Sequence record: SRR31156797_9257
Reading direction: 5' to 3' (one strand)
DNA length: 38,288 nt
This document shows, one piece after another, positions 18,330 through 27,003 of this stretch. Within the stretch, counting starts at the first letter, position 1, and each line of letters begins with the position of its first letter. Below the pieces are notes generated by a model. That model searched no databases, was not told the DNA's origin, and was given only the letters and a program-made list of their open reading frames with translations. The translations under genes and the position numbers were made by a program.

Positions 18330-19091
18330 ATGCAACATATCGCAATAACCGATATTGGCAATCCAAAAATTGCCATTAAAAAAAGGATTATTGAGTTTCT
18401 TCAAGAACATGCGAACGTAATTAAACGTCAGCTACGTGGTACCTTCAACGGTGCACCCGTCCAAGTAGAGCCAAGAGATGAAGGCTCTTTAGAAGAAGAC
18501 TTACATGAAATATGCCTGGATATTAGTAATATCGGGGTTATTTCTTTTTCATTATCTAATAAGACTTTAGATAAGCTTTTCTGTAAACATCTGAATATTC
18601 CTACAAACATGTCAGATAGCAATGTGGGCAATATTTCGATTACAGTTTCACACAACAAATTCTTCGATCGTTTTGTTAGTAAAATAGTGAATTGTTTATT
18701 CCCAAACGAAAATATAAATACAATTCAATGTGAGAAAATAAAACGATCTGACATCAGAATTAATTGCGAGATCTCAGCGGGTGATCTAAACGAAACCATG
18801 TTTATTACCTTCAGTGAAGAAGCACTTAATTATTTTTCAAATGGTTTAAGAAAGAATAAACCATTCACCAAAAAAGACGTTGTGACTACCTTGAATCAAG
18901 TACCTGTAGATATCAACGCGATTCTGATGAAAACGGAATTATCACTTGATCAGGTTGATTCTATCTCGGTTGGGGATGTCATCAATTTGCAGAAAACGGA
19001 ACAAATTGACGTACAAGTCAGCGGTAACACGCTGTTTAAAGGTCAACTTGTGGTAGACGAACATGCTCAGCTAGGAGTGAAGTATGAGTGA
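18330..19091 (+). CDS. fliM: Highly divergent FliM (C-terminal SpoA domain)
   Basis: C-terminal L..VPV.I.A.L....LSL..V.....GDVI...V.V....LF.G; first gene of fliM-N-P-Q-R-flhB. Confidence 0.78.
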   Translation: MQHIAITDIGNPKIAIKKRIIEFLQEHANVIKRQLRGTFNGAPVQVEPRDEGSLEEDLHEICLDISNIGVISFSLSNKTLDKLFCKHLNIPTNMSDSNVGNISITVSHNKFFDRFVSKIVNCLFPNENINTIQCEKIKRSDIRINCEISAGDLNETMFITFSEEALNYFSNGLRKNKPFTKKDVVTTLNQVPVDINAILMKTELSLDQVDSISVGDVINLQKTEQIDVQVSGNTLFKGQLVVDEHAQLGVKYE

Positions 19092-19452
19092 TTTAGACCA
19101 ATTTGATGATCTTGATCTACTGAATGAAGATCTGGATTTTGACGCACAAGATTCAGCGCTGACTTCTAGTAAAGCGCCAGACACTTTAGATGCGCCGACC
19201 AGCAAATCAAACATTAGCATGCTGCGCGACATTCCTGTTGAAGTCACAGTTGAAGTCTCTCGCCGCAGCCTGCCGTTAAAAGAGGTGATGGCGATTGAAC
19301 CATCGTCGGTCGTGATGCTGGATAAGCATGAAGGCGAGCCAGTCGATATCAAAATCAACGGTGTATTATTTGGTACAGGAAGCATTATCACTAAGGATGG
19401 CAAATACGGCGTTCAAGTCTTGTCCCTTGTTGATAGTGGAAACCATGAGTAA
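19084..19452 (+). CDS. fliN: C-ring protein FliN
   Basis: DIPVEVTVEV, LDK..GEPVDI..NG.L...G and YGV motifs. Confidence 0.93.
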   Translation: MSDLDQFDDLDLLNEDLDFDAQDSALTSSKAPDTLDAPTSKSNISMLRDIPVEVTVEVSRRSLPLKEVMAIEPSSVVMLDKHEGEPVDIKINGVLFGTGSIITKDGKYGVQVLSLVDSGNHE

Positions 19453-20197
19453 AAAGCATTTAGGATGGCTTTTAGTCATCCTTTTTTTATTGTTGCCCAA
19501 CATCGCTTCAGCTGAGCAGGAACTGAGTTTATTTACGATAAACGACGCTTCTGGTTCCAGTGAGTATTCGGTAAAACTGCAAATTCTGATCCTGATGACA
19601 ATGCTGAGCTTCATTCCAGCATTCATCATCATGTGTACCTGTTTTACCCGAATCATCATTGTGTTAGGTATTCTGAGACAAGCTTTAGGTCTTCAGCAGT
19701 CACCACCGAACCAAGTGTTAGTTGGACTTGCGTTAATCTTTAGCATCCTCATTATGCGTCCGGTATGGACGGATATATACGAAAATGCTTACCAGCCTTA
19801 TGCAGCCAATGAAATCAGTCTGGTCGACGCACTTCAACGAGGAAGTGTACCGCTACGTGAATACATGCTGGATCAAACCCAAACGCAAACTCTTGAGCAA
19901 GTCACCAAAATCGCCGATGAACCCATGGCGGATAATCCAGAAGACATTCCATTTTTGGTGTTACTTCCAGCTTACGTTCTGAGTGAACTAAAAATTGCCT
20001 TCCAGATTGGCTTTATGGTGTTTCTGCCATTTTTGATTATCGACCTGGTTGTCGCATCGGTATTGATGTCGATGGGTATGATGATGCTATCGCCACTGAT
20101 CGTTTCTCTGCCATTTAAGCTACTGGTATTCGTCGTTGTTGATGGTTGGGGAATGCTGCTTGGGAGCTTGTCACAAAGCTTCTGGATAGGAGGATGA
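19445..20197 (+). CDS. fliP: Export gate FliP
   Basis: T.FTRIIIVL..LRQALG.QQ.PPNQVL, ELK.AFQIGF and SLPFKLL.FV.VDGW. Start set at ATG 19445, overlapping the fliN end. Confidence 0.96.
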   Translation: MSKKHLGWLLVILFLLLPNIASAEQELSLFTINDASGSSEYSVKLQILILMTMLSFIPAFIIMCTCFTRIIIVLGILRQALGLQQSPPNQVLVGLALIFSILIMRPVWTDIYENAYQPYAANEISLVDALQRGSVPLREYMLDQTQTQTLEQVTKIADEPMADNPEDIPFLVLLPAYVLSELKIAFQIGFMVFLPFLIIDLVVASVLMSMGMMMLSPLIVSLPFKLLVFVVVDGWGMLLGSLSQSFWIGG

Positions 20198-20198
20198 T

Positions 20199-20468
20199 AT
20201 GACTCCAGAAGTTTCTGTCACCATCGTCGCTCGTGCGCTGTGGGTAGTAGTTTCTATGGTATCGGTATTAATCGTACCCAGTTTGCTTGTGGGCTTATTG
20301 GTCGCTGTTTTACAGGCGGTCACCCAAGTCAACGAGCAAACACTCAGCTTTTTCCCTCGCTTGATTGTCACTATGCTCAGCATCATCTTTGGCGGGCACT
20401 GGTTACTAATGCAAGTCTCTGAGTTTTTTGAGTACATCTTTTTCACTGTACCCACGCTTGCTCAATAA
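20199..20468 (+). CDS. fliQ: Export gate FliQ
   Basis: VGL.VAV.QA.TQ.NEQTLSF.PRL motif. Confidence 0.96.
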   Translation: MTPEVSVTIVARALWVVVSMVSVLIVPSLLVGLLVAVLQAVTQVNEQTLSFFPRLIVTMLSIIFGGHWLLMQVSEFFEYIFFTVPTLAQ

Positions 20469-20486
20469 TCATTAAGAGCTGGCACA

Positions 20487-21260
20487 ATGCATGATTTAAC
20501 CTTCACACAAATAACAGAGTGGCTCGGCTTCGTTTGGTGGCCATTTGTGCGCTTCAGTGGTTTTTTCTTAGTGGTTCCCTTTTTTGGCGACACAAGAATT
20601 CCCGTGATGGTGCGTATTCTGTTATCGATGATTTTCTCCATCATGTGTGCCGGAATTATTGACAACGTACCTTCATTCAATCCGTTCTCAATCCAGGCGT
20701 TTGTGTTTGCAATTTACCAATTCAGCTTTGGCTTCATCCTTGGGATGATTGTGTTGCTGTTCATGAACATTTTTACTATTGCGGGTCAGGCCGTTTCGAT
20801 GCAAATGGGTCTGGCGATGGCGGTGATGAATGACCCGAGCAGTGGCGTGAGTGTTCCAATTACAGCGCGGATTTTTAGCATCACTTCGATGTTACTTTTG
20901 CTCTCATTTGATGCGCATTTAATTATTTTAGATATCTTCGTCGACAGCTTTCGCTATTGGCCGTTTGATACAGAGTATCCATTTGAGGGCATCAAGCATG
21001 TTCTCACTATGTTTGGTTGGATGTTCTCTTCTGCACTGATTATTGCCATTCCAGCCATGTTGACCATGATGCTCAGTAACGTGACGTTTGGCTTTTTGGG
21101 TAAAGTTGCCCCTTCTTTAAACATATTTACTTTGGGTTTCCCGATGACCATGCTTTTGGGGATGGTGGCACTTATGCTGTCCATCTATGGTGTCGGTGAT
21201 ATTTTCTTTGATCTGGTTAGCGAGATGCGAGACCACATGAACTATGTGTTGAGTCTGTAA
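20487..21260 (+). CDS. fliR: Export gate FliR
   Basis: AGQ..SMQMGL.MA...DP..G and AP.LNIF..GFP motifs; multi-TM. Confidence 0.95.
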   Translation: MHDLTFTQITEWLGFVWWPFVRFSGFFLVVPFFGDTRIPVMVRILLSMIFSIMCAGIIDNVPSFNPFSIQAFVFAIYQFSFGFILGMIVLLFMNIFTIAGQAVSMQMGLAMAVMNDPSSGVSVPITARIFSITSMLLLLSFDAHLIILDIFVDSFRYWPFDTEYPFEGIKHVLTMFGWMFSSALIIAIPAMLTMMLSNVTFGFLGKVAPSLNIFTLGFPMTMLLGMVALMLSIYGVGDIFFDLVSEMRDHMNYVLSL

Positions 21261-22379
21261 ATGAGCCAAGGGGATAAAACCGAACAGGCCAGTAGTAAAA
21301 AGCTCAGTGACGCGCGCGGCAAAGGCCAAATAGCGCGTGCGAAAGAGTTTACGACAGCTATTACCATGATTGTTGCGGTGAGTTATTTCTACATGTATGG
21401 CGGCGAACTGAAGAACGCCATCTTTATGCTGTTTGAAACTGCCTATACCTTCGACACTACCAATGTGTTCAACTTGGACCCGACCATCGAACTACTCGGA
21501 CAAAGCCTTTTCATTATCATCAAACTGTTCGCTCCCATGATGCTGTTCGTTGTGCTAACAGCGGTTGCAGCAAGCAGCATTTTGGGTGGTGTGAACTTTA
21601 ACTTTAGTCAAATCAGCCCGAAGTTCTCCAAAATTAACCCGATGGCTGGTATTAAACGTATTTTCTCCAAACAGACCTTTGTTGAGTTTCTCAAAAGCGT
21701 GGTTAAAATCGCCATCATTCTGTTTCTGCTTTATACCACGCTCAATAACAACGTTGGCGTGATTACCGGCTTAGTAAGAGCCTCTTTCCAAACAGTTATT
21801 CAGATTGCCTTTGGGAACCTGCTGACGCTAATCATCATGCTGATTTCTGTCGCGGTGATTTTTGGTCTGATTGATGTGCCTTATCAGAAAATGACCTTCA
21901 GCAAACAGATGATGATGTCAAAAGAAGAGCTTAAACAAGAGCATAAGCAGCAGGAAGGTAGCCCAGAGGTCAAAGGCCGTCGTCGTCAGATTCAGATGCA
22001 GTATGCCCGCAACTCAGCCAATAAAACGGTTCCTACCGCCGATGTAGTGCTAATGAACCCAACCCACTATGCCGTTGCGCTCAAGTACGATATCAATAAA
22101 GCAGAAGCTCCTTTCGTGATTGCAAAAGGTAAAGATGAAGTGGCCTTTTATATTCGTTCGCTGGCCGATAAACATGAAATCGAAGTGCTGGTTGTGCCGG
22201 AAATCACCCGATCGATTTACCACACCACGCAAATTAACCAGATGGTGCCGAACCAGCTTTATCTCGCGGTCGCGCAGATTCTTAAATATGTTCAGCAACT
22301 ACAGGCGTGGCGCAGTGGTCAACAAGCAAAACCGAACAAGCTGCCGAGTTTCACCATCCCTGAGAACTTACGTTATTGA
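21261..22379 (+). CDS. flhB: Export substrate-switch protein FlhB
   Basis: DKTE.A...KL..AR.KGQ, EG.PEVK.R.R and NPTH autocleavage motif. Confidence 0.97.
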   Translation: MSQGDKTEQASSKKLSDARGKGQIARAKEFTTAITMIVAVSYFYMYGGELKNAIFMLFETAYTFDTTNVFNLDPTIELLGQSLFIIIKLFAPMMLFVVLTAVAASSILGGVNFNFSQISPKFSKINPMAGIKRIFSKQTFVEFLKSVVKIAIILFLLYTTLNNNVGVITGLVRASFQTVIQIAFGNLLTLIIMLISVAVIFGLIDVPYQKMTFSKQMMMSKEELKQEHKQQEGSPEVKGRRRQIQMQYARNSANKTVPTADVVLMNPTHYAVALKYDINKAEAPFVIAKGKDEVAFYIRSLADKHEIEVLVVPEITRSIYHTTQINQMVPNQLYLAVAQILKYVQQLQAWRSGQQAKPNKLPSFTIPENLRY

Positions 22380-22421
22380 TACCAGCTCCAACAAAGACCC
22401 GATCCAGTAAAAAGAAGTGAC

Positions 22422-22448
22422 AAAAAAGCCAGCATCAAATGCTGGCTT
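22422..22448. terminator. Intrinsic terminator (U-tract on the minus strand, after the parR-like gene)
   Basis: AAGCCAGCAT-CAA-ATGCTGGCTT stem preceded by an A-run, between convergent flhB and parR-like genes. Confidence 0.82.
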
Positions 22449-22471
22449 ATATCGTTTCTTAGCGGAGCGGT

Positions 22472-23527
22472 TTAAAACACACCTTTCTTTTTCAGTTTCT
22501 GAACTTTTTCTAATCGTACTTCCACTGACTCTTGAGGCTCCCCAAGATTGGCAGGTTGCGTCACGACACCACCCTGCTGTTTGATTTGCTGCATCAGCTG
22601 ATTAATGAGCGTGTTCTGCTGCGTCACCACACTCTTAAGCTCAGCGATTTGCTGACCATGATCGAGCTTATCGCCAATGGCCTGAGCAATATCATGGCTA
22701 AGAGCTTGCTGATCAAGTGCAGAAACTTGTGAGGCGCCGGTTCCTAAACTCTGTTGATGTTCAATCAACTGGCTACTGATGATGGTGGCGATATCATGAC
22801 TAAGCGTTGATGTATCAATATCATTCGCTGCTGCCGAGCTTGGCATTAAGCTAATCAAATCACGCAGCGCCTGCTCATTTTCAGCGAACTTGCCACTCAT
22901 CGAATCGACGATTTCCTGGCTTAACGCCTGAGCATCTATTTTGTTTTCAAAACCAGAATTCGCTTGCGCAGAAATATGCTCGTATAACGACTGCTGATGC
23001 TGCGCTAACTGTGAAGTCATATGTTCAGTGATGTGACTAAAATCAGGCAGTTCAATGGGTGCTTCTGCGGGCAAGGTTAACTGAGACAAATGCTCGGAGA
23101 GTTTCATCTCAAGCAGGTGCTCGATCTTTTCAGAAACCGTATCAATCACAGAATCAACATCAGTCGTCGAGCTTTGTGCACTGTTTAACTGAGCGTTAAC
23201 TTGTTCAAAGCTCGGCTCAGGGGCAATCTGATGGACTTTTAGAATGTCTAATAAAGACTGCTCAGTAATCGAGTCATTAGAAAGTGCCGCTGCAAAACTG
23301 GTCGCCAACTCTGGCTTTAAGCAATGCAGGAACATACCACTCATATAGATATCTTTGTGGATATGAACTAACTGATGCAATTCCATCGCAGCGGTAGAAT
23401 CCGCTGCGAGTTCTTTACGCTTCTTCGACCAACCGATAAAGGTGTTGTAAGCAAAGCTATCTGGAATCGATTGCAATGGATCGAGGTAAATTGCCAGTGA
23501 TACGCGTTTAAAGCGCTTATTCATCAC
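22472..23527 (-). CDS. ParR/StbB-like adaptor with a long internal repeat insertion
   Basis: N-terminal K.R.....YL.P and SGM.LH.L.P.L motifs plus basic C-terminal tail (VRLEKVQKLKKKGVF) resembling plasmid ParR/StbB; directly downstream of parM; 351 aa. Confidence 0.7.
   Translation of the reverse strand: MMNKRFKRVSLAIYLDPLQSIPDSFAYNTFIGWSKKRKELAADSTAAMELHQLVHIHKDIYMSGMFLHCLKPELATSFAAALSNDSITEQSLLDILKVHQIAPEPSFEQVNAQLNSAQSSTTDVDSVIDTVSEKIEHLLEMKLSEHLSQLTLPAEAPIELPDFSHITEHMTSQLAQHQQSLYEHISAQANSGFENKIDAQALSQEIVDSMSGKFAENEQALRDLISLMPSSAAANDIDTSTLSHDIATIISSQLIEHQQSLGTGASQVSALDQQALSHDIAQAIGDKLDHGQQIAELKSVVTQQNTLINQLMQQIKQQGGVVTQPANLGEPQESVEVRLEKVQKLKKKGVF
22646..23056 (-). repeat. About four degenerate 35-40 aa repeats inside the ParR-like protein
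   Basis: IELPDFSHITEHMTSQLAQHQQSL / IDAQALSQEIVDSMSGKFAENEQAL / IDTSTLSHDIATIISSQLIEHQQSL / LDQQALSHDIAQAIGDKLDHGQQI. Confidence 0.75.
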
Positions 23528-23537
23528 CTATAGCCTC

Positions 23538-24539
23538 TTATTCGCTATCAGCATGGTATAGGCACATTTCCTGAGCGAGCGCAGATTGTGCGTTATCAAC
23601 CAGAATCACACGCTCACCTAACGATTGATAGGCGTTTTTCACTGCGTCAAAAATTAATGATGCACCACCACCCACTAAGTAAACACGGTTCGGGTTCTTA
23701 GCGAATTTCTTCGCTTCAGTGACGACTTGCTTACCCAGTTCGTGAATTTTTGCGTTCATTTTTTCACGAACCATCTCGATTTGAGACTCATCATTGATCA
23801 CTTCAGAAGCGAACTCATCATCTTCACGACGACGAATCAATTCATTAGCCACAAGGTAGCTTGAATCGCTATCAGCAAACGCTAATGCTTTACGAACCGT
23901 GTTGGTGACCATTGAAACGCCGATTTCATTGTTGCCGTAAACGCCAGATACTTCGTCGAATTCACCAACGACAATGCCCATATCCAGAGTTGTACCACCC
24001 AGGTCAATAACCAGAGAACGGGTAAACTCATTGCAGTTTGAGTTCACTAATGTTGAAAGAACAGCCGGTAAGCTTTCTGGCATTACTTCAACATCAACTA
24101 CATTGAACGTTTCACCCTTGTTTAACGTAATCTCACGCATCAAGTTTTGACGTTTACGCTCGATGTTCTTCTCGTTTTTCTGGCAGTCTTCAAAACGGTA
24201 GTATTCAGTAATCGGCAAAGTCACAACTAAAGATACGTCGCGAGGCTCTAGACCTGTTTGTAGCAGTGCATGGTGAACCGCCAATAAGTTAAGATCATCG
24301 TATTGATAATCCACATGGGTCGTTTCCAGTGCTTTGTCAGACGTCGCATCGTAAGTGTATTTAAAGCCATCAATGGTGTAGTTGTAGACTTTCTTGTCCT
24401 TTCTTAACGCTGCACTCTTCCAATCTTTTCTAAAAGAGTTTGGTGATACCAAACTTTTAATTTCACCGTCAGCCAGCCAACTTACTTTTACGTTTGTTGA
24501 ACCATCATCAACAGCAAATTTCATCAAAGTATTAGTCAT
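23538..24539 (-). CDS. parM: ParM/StbA-family actin-like ATPase
   Basis: VDDGSTNVK, SPNSF, AVHHALL, TLP.TEYY, VMPES.PA, IDLGGTTLD and VGGGA, matching plasmid R1-type ParM. Start set at ATG 24539 after AAGG. Confidence 0.93.
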   Translation of the reverse strand: MTNTLMKFAVDDGSTNVKVSWLADGEIKSLVSPNSFRKDWKSAALRKDKKVYNYTIDGFKYTYDATSDKALETTHVDYQYDDLNLLAVHHALLQTGLEPRDVSLVVTLPITEYYRFEDCQKNEKNIERKRQNLMREITLNKGETFNVVDVEVMPESLPAVLSTLVNSNCNEFTRSLVIDLGGTTLDMGIVVGEFDEVSGVYGNNEIGVSMVTNTVRKALAFADSDSSYLVANELIRRREDDEFASEVINDESQIEMVREKMNAKIHELGKQVVTEAKKFAKNPNRVYLVGGGASLIFDAVKNAYQSLGERVILVDNAQSALAQEMCLYHADSE

Positions 24540-24789
24540 GTGTGTAACCTTAAGATAAAAAAACAACTAAATAAGAGCGAGGGCGGATGTTAACTGAAGC
24601 AGCCGCAAATAACCTAACTGAGCTCAAAAATCAAAAAGCACGGAAAATAAACATAACACCATGAATTTAAAAGATTTAAATAGATCGCAACCTAAACAAA
24701 CCCTAAGGATGACAACAAAATAAGAAAAGACGCACAAACAGTAACTTACGCGCTTACAGCCGAAGCTTACCTCTCCTAATAAAACAAAT

Positions 24790-24805
24790 AGACGTCTAGA
24801 TGTTT
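24790..24805. promoter_or_regulatory. Tandem MET boxes (MetJ operator)
   Basis: AGACGTCT (perfect) plus AGATGTTT, upstream of metR. Confidence 0.88.
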
Positions 24806-24874
24806 ACAGCTCCAAAAAATCAGCGTAAGTTATAGTTTTACTCAAGTTCATTAAATCTATGATGAGGGAATTTC

Positions 24875-25786
24875 ATGTTAGAGCTTAAACATCTGCGGAC
24901 ACTCGCCTCCCTTCGGGATACAGGTTCATTAACTTCTACCGCGACTGCGCTGCACTTAACTCAATCTGCACTTTCTCATCAAATTAAAGATCTTGAAGCT
25001 CGTTTAGGTGGGCAACTGTTTCTGCGTAAAACACGTCCTGTGAAATTTACTTCTGAAGGCGAGATCATTCTTAAACTTGCTGACGAGATACTGCCCAAAT
25101 TCGCCAAAGCTGAAAACGAACTCGCCAGCTTAAAAGAAGACGTCAATGGCAGGCTACACATGGCGATTGAATGTCACTCCTGCTTCCAATGGCTCATGCC
25201 CGCGCTAAGGGAGTATCAAGTGGCATGGCCGAGTGTTGCCCTAGACTTCTCATCCGGTTTTGGTTTTGAGCCACTGCCTGCGCTGATGGCAGGAGAGCTG
25301 GATTTGGTCATTACATCAGATATTCAGCCAAGATCCGAAGTTCATTATGAGCCTCTGTTTGATTTTGAAATGCGCTTAATTACCGCAACGAATCATCCTT
25401 TAGCCGACAAAGAGTGTATCGAACCACAAGACCTAGCCGACCAGACTCTGATGAGTTATCCGGTGCAAAAGCAGAGGTTGGATGTCGTAAAACACTTCTT
25501 ACAACCAGCAGGGGTTGAACCAGCAAAATGGAAGCAAGCAGACAATACCCTAATGTTGGTGCAGATGGTGTCAGCAGGGCTTGGGGTAGCCGCATTACCA
25601 AACTGGGCAATCAGCGAGTTTTCACGTCAGGGGTTGATTACCAGTAAACCATTGGGTAAAGGACTTTGGAGAAGACTGTTTGCAGCAACCCGCCACAGCG
25701 AGAAAGATAAACGTTATCTCCAAACCTTCTTCGCTACCGCGCGCCAACAATGTAAAAGCCACCTTGAAGGGATCAAAGTGGCTTAG
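24875..25786 (+). CDS. metR: LysR-family regulator MetR
   Basis: LELKHLRTL..LHLTQSALSHQ HTH; AIECHSCFQWLMP MetR signature; MET boxes upstream. Confidence 0.96.
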   Translation: MLELKHLRTLASLRDTGSLTSTATALHLTQSALSHQIKDLEARLGGQLFLRKTRPVKFTSEGEIILKLADEILPKFAKAENELASLKEDVNGRLHMAIECHSCFQWLMPALREYQVAWPSVALDFSSGFGFEPLPALMAGELDLVITSDIQPRSEVHYEPLFDFEMRLITATNHPLADKECIEPQDLADQTLMSYPVQKQRLDVVKHFLQPAGVEPAKWKQADNTLMLVQMVSAGLGVAALPNWAISEFSRQGLITSKPLGKGLWRRLFAATRHSEKDKRYLQTFFATARQQCKSHLEGIKVA

Positions 25787-25812
25787 TAAAAATGCTTTTC
25801 TACAAACTTAGG

Positions 25813-26013
25813 TTAATGCCCAGAAGATTTAAATTGGTTGGTCAGTGGGTCGTATCGGAATCCGAGATGGCTTAACTTACCAACCACACTATCCACATCC
25901 ATTTCATACATCGACACCAACTCATCTAAACTGTCGCATTCTAAGCGCAACTTTTCATTGACGATACCCAGCAGAATATTACTGTCGAATTTACTCACAT
26001 TACTCAGATCCAT
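25813..26013 (-). CDS. DUF4250-family small protein
   Basis: D..ILL..VN.KLR....SLD.L...GF.YD...NQF pattern; GGAG RBS. Confidence 0.8.
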   Translation of the reverse strand: MDLSNVSKFDSNILLGIVNEKLRLECDSLDELVSMYEMDVDSVVGKLSHLGFRYDPLTNQFKSSGH

Positions 26014-26110
26014 AGAGACACTCCTTTGGACTATATGTAACCTCTTAAGGTAAACAGGCTTTAGTAAGGATAGTCGGGATTTGGCGCAATAAAAGTGATT
26101 TTGCTCGACG

Positions 26111-26794
26111 TTAGTACATCAAATACAAGCTGTGAAACCCAGTACTGGCTAAAAGCACCAATAATGTCGCCACCGCTAGCTGCCCTTTCTCCGCCTTTTT
26201 AGCTGTGATGATGTGCCAGCTCCAGAAAACAATACCGACAATCATCAAACTGAAACTGATCAGTAATGGCATGGTCAGGCTTTTCAATTGTTCACTATCA
26301 AGAGAGTACGCATATGGGACAATACAAATCGTCGCGGCCATTGCGGACAAAATACCAACCACGGGCAAAATACGGTGAAATGCATCCAACCGAGTACGCG
26401 CAATGGTCAACAGTAGATGACCGAACATCGCACCCAGTAACGCAATCATGATAAATAGCGATAAAGATGCACTCCAAACAGGCGCTTCACTAATCAAAAT
26501 GCCTACATACGCCAGCGATAGACCATTCACCATGTACATGACCCAAAGAGGGCCTTCATCACGTGTTTTAGTGGTTTTGACTCGTGAGTAGAAATAAAAA
26601 ATCGCAAACACGACCATAAAGGCTTCAATTTTAATCGATGCTATGGCTAACCACATGACACCTAGAGCGGGTAAAACCTTGTGGATACGCCCACGTTGAC
26701 CGGGACAAATCTCCCCTTTCACCAGAACCAGAGTTAAAATAATTTGAGCCCCCAGTAGCATTGGGGCAAATACAGAAAGCAGTGAATAGACCAT
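26111..26794 (-). CDS. Hypothetical multi-pass membrane protein
   Basis: 227 aa, about 7 hydrophobic segments, ICPGQRGRIH motif. Confidence 0.75.
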   Translation of the reverse strand: MVYSLLSVFAPMLLGAQIILTLVLVKGEICPGQRGRIHKVLPALGVMWLAIASIKIEAFMVVFAIFYFYSRVKTTKTRDEGPLWVMYMVNGLSLAYVGILISEAPVWSASLSLFIMIALLGAMFGHLLLTIARTRLDAFHRILPVVGILSAMAATICIVPYAYSLDSEQLKSLTMPLLISFSLMIVGIVFWSWHIITAKKAEKGQLAVATLLVLLASTGFHSLYLMY

Positions 26795-27003
26795 AATTTA
26801 AAACGTATGTGCGACTTTAGAGTGAAGGCGATAATAACAGAAGGTTATAAACCAAGTAACCTCAAGATACTTGTTCTGAAAGAATTTGGCTTAAGCTTAT
26901 TGAGCAAAAGCTTATTTGTCTTAGATAAAGTGAGGTTATGTTCCGCTAGATACTCCCTGAGCAAGTCGTTATAATGCCCGCCTATAAAATACAAGGTCAA
27001 AAT

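Noticed and set aside
441-22379. Virulence injectisome (non-flagellar T3SS)
   Set aside because: Rod, hook, L/P ring, FlgK/L and FlgM/N genes are all flagellar; there is no secretin or needle gene.
2597-22379. The primary polar flagellar locus
   Set aside because: No flgT/O/P, cheV/R, flrABC, flhFG or fliO. FlgK, FlgL and FlgJ are short and FliM lacks the CheY peptide.
23931-23941. TTGCCGTAAA, a partial match to the variant sigma28 -10
   Set aside because: Inside parM on the antisense strand, with no upstream TGAAATAAAT box.
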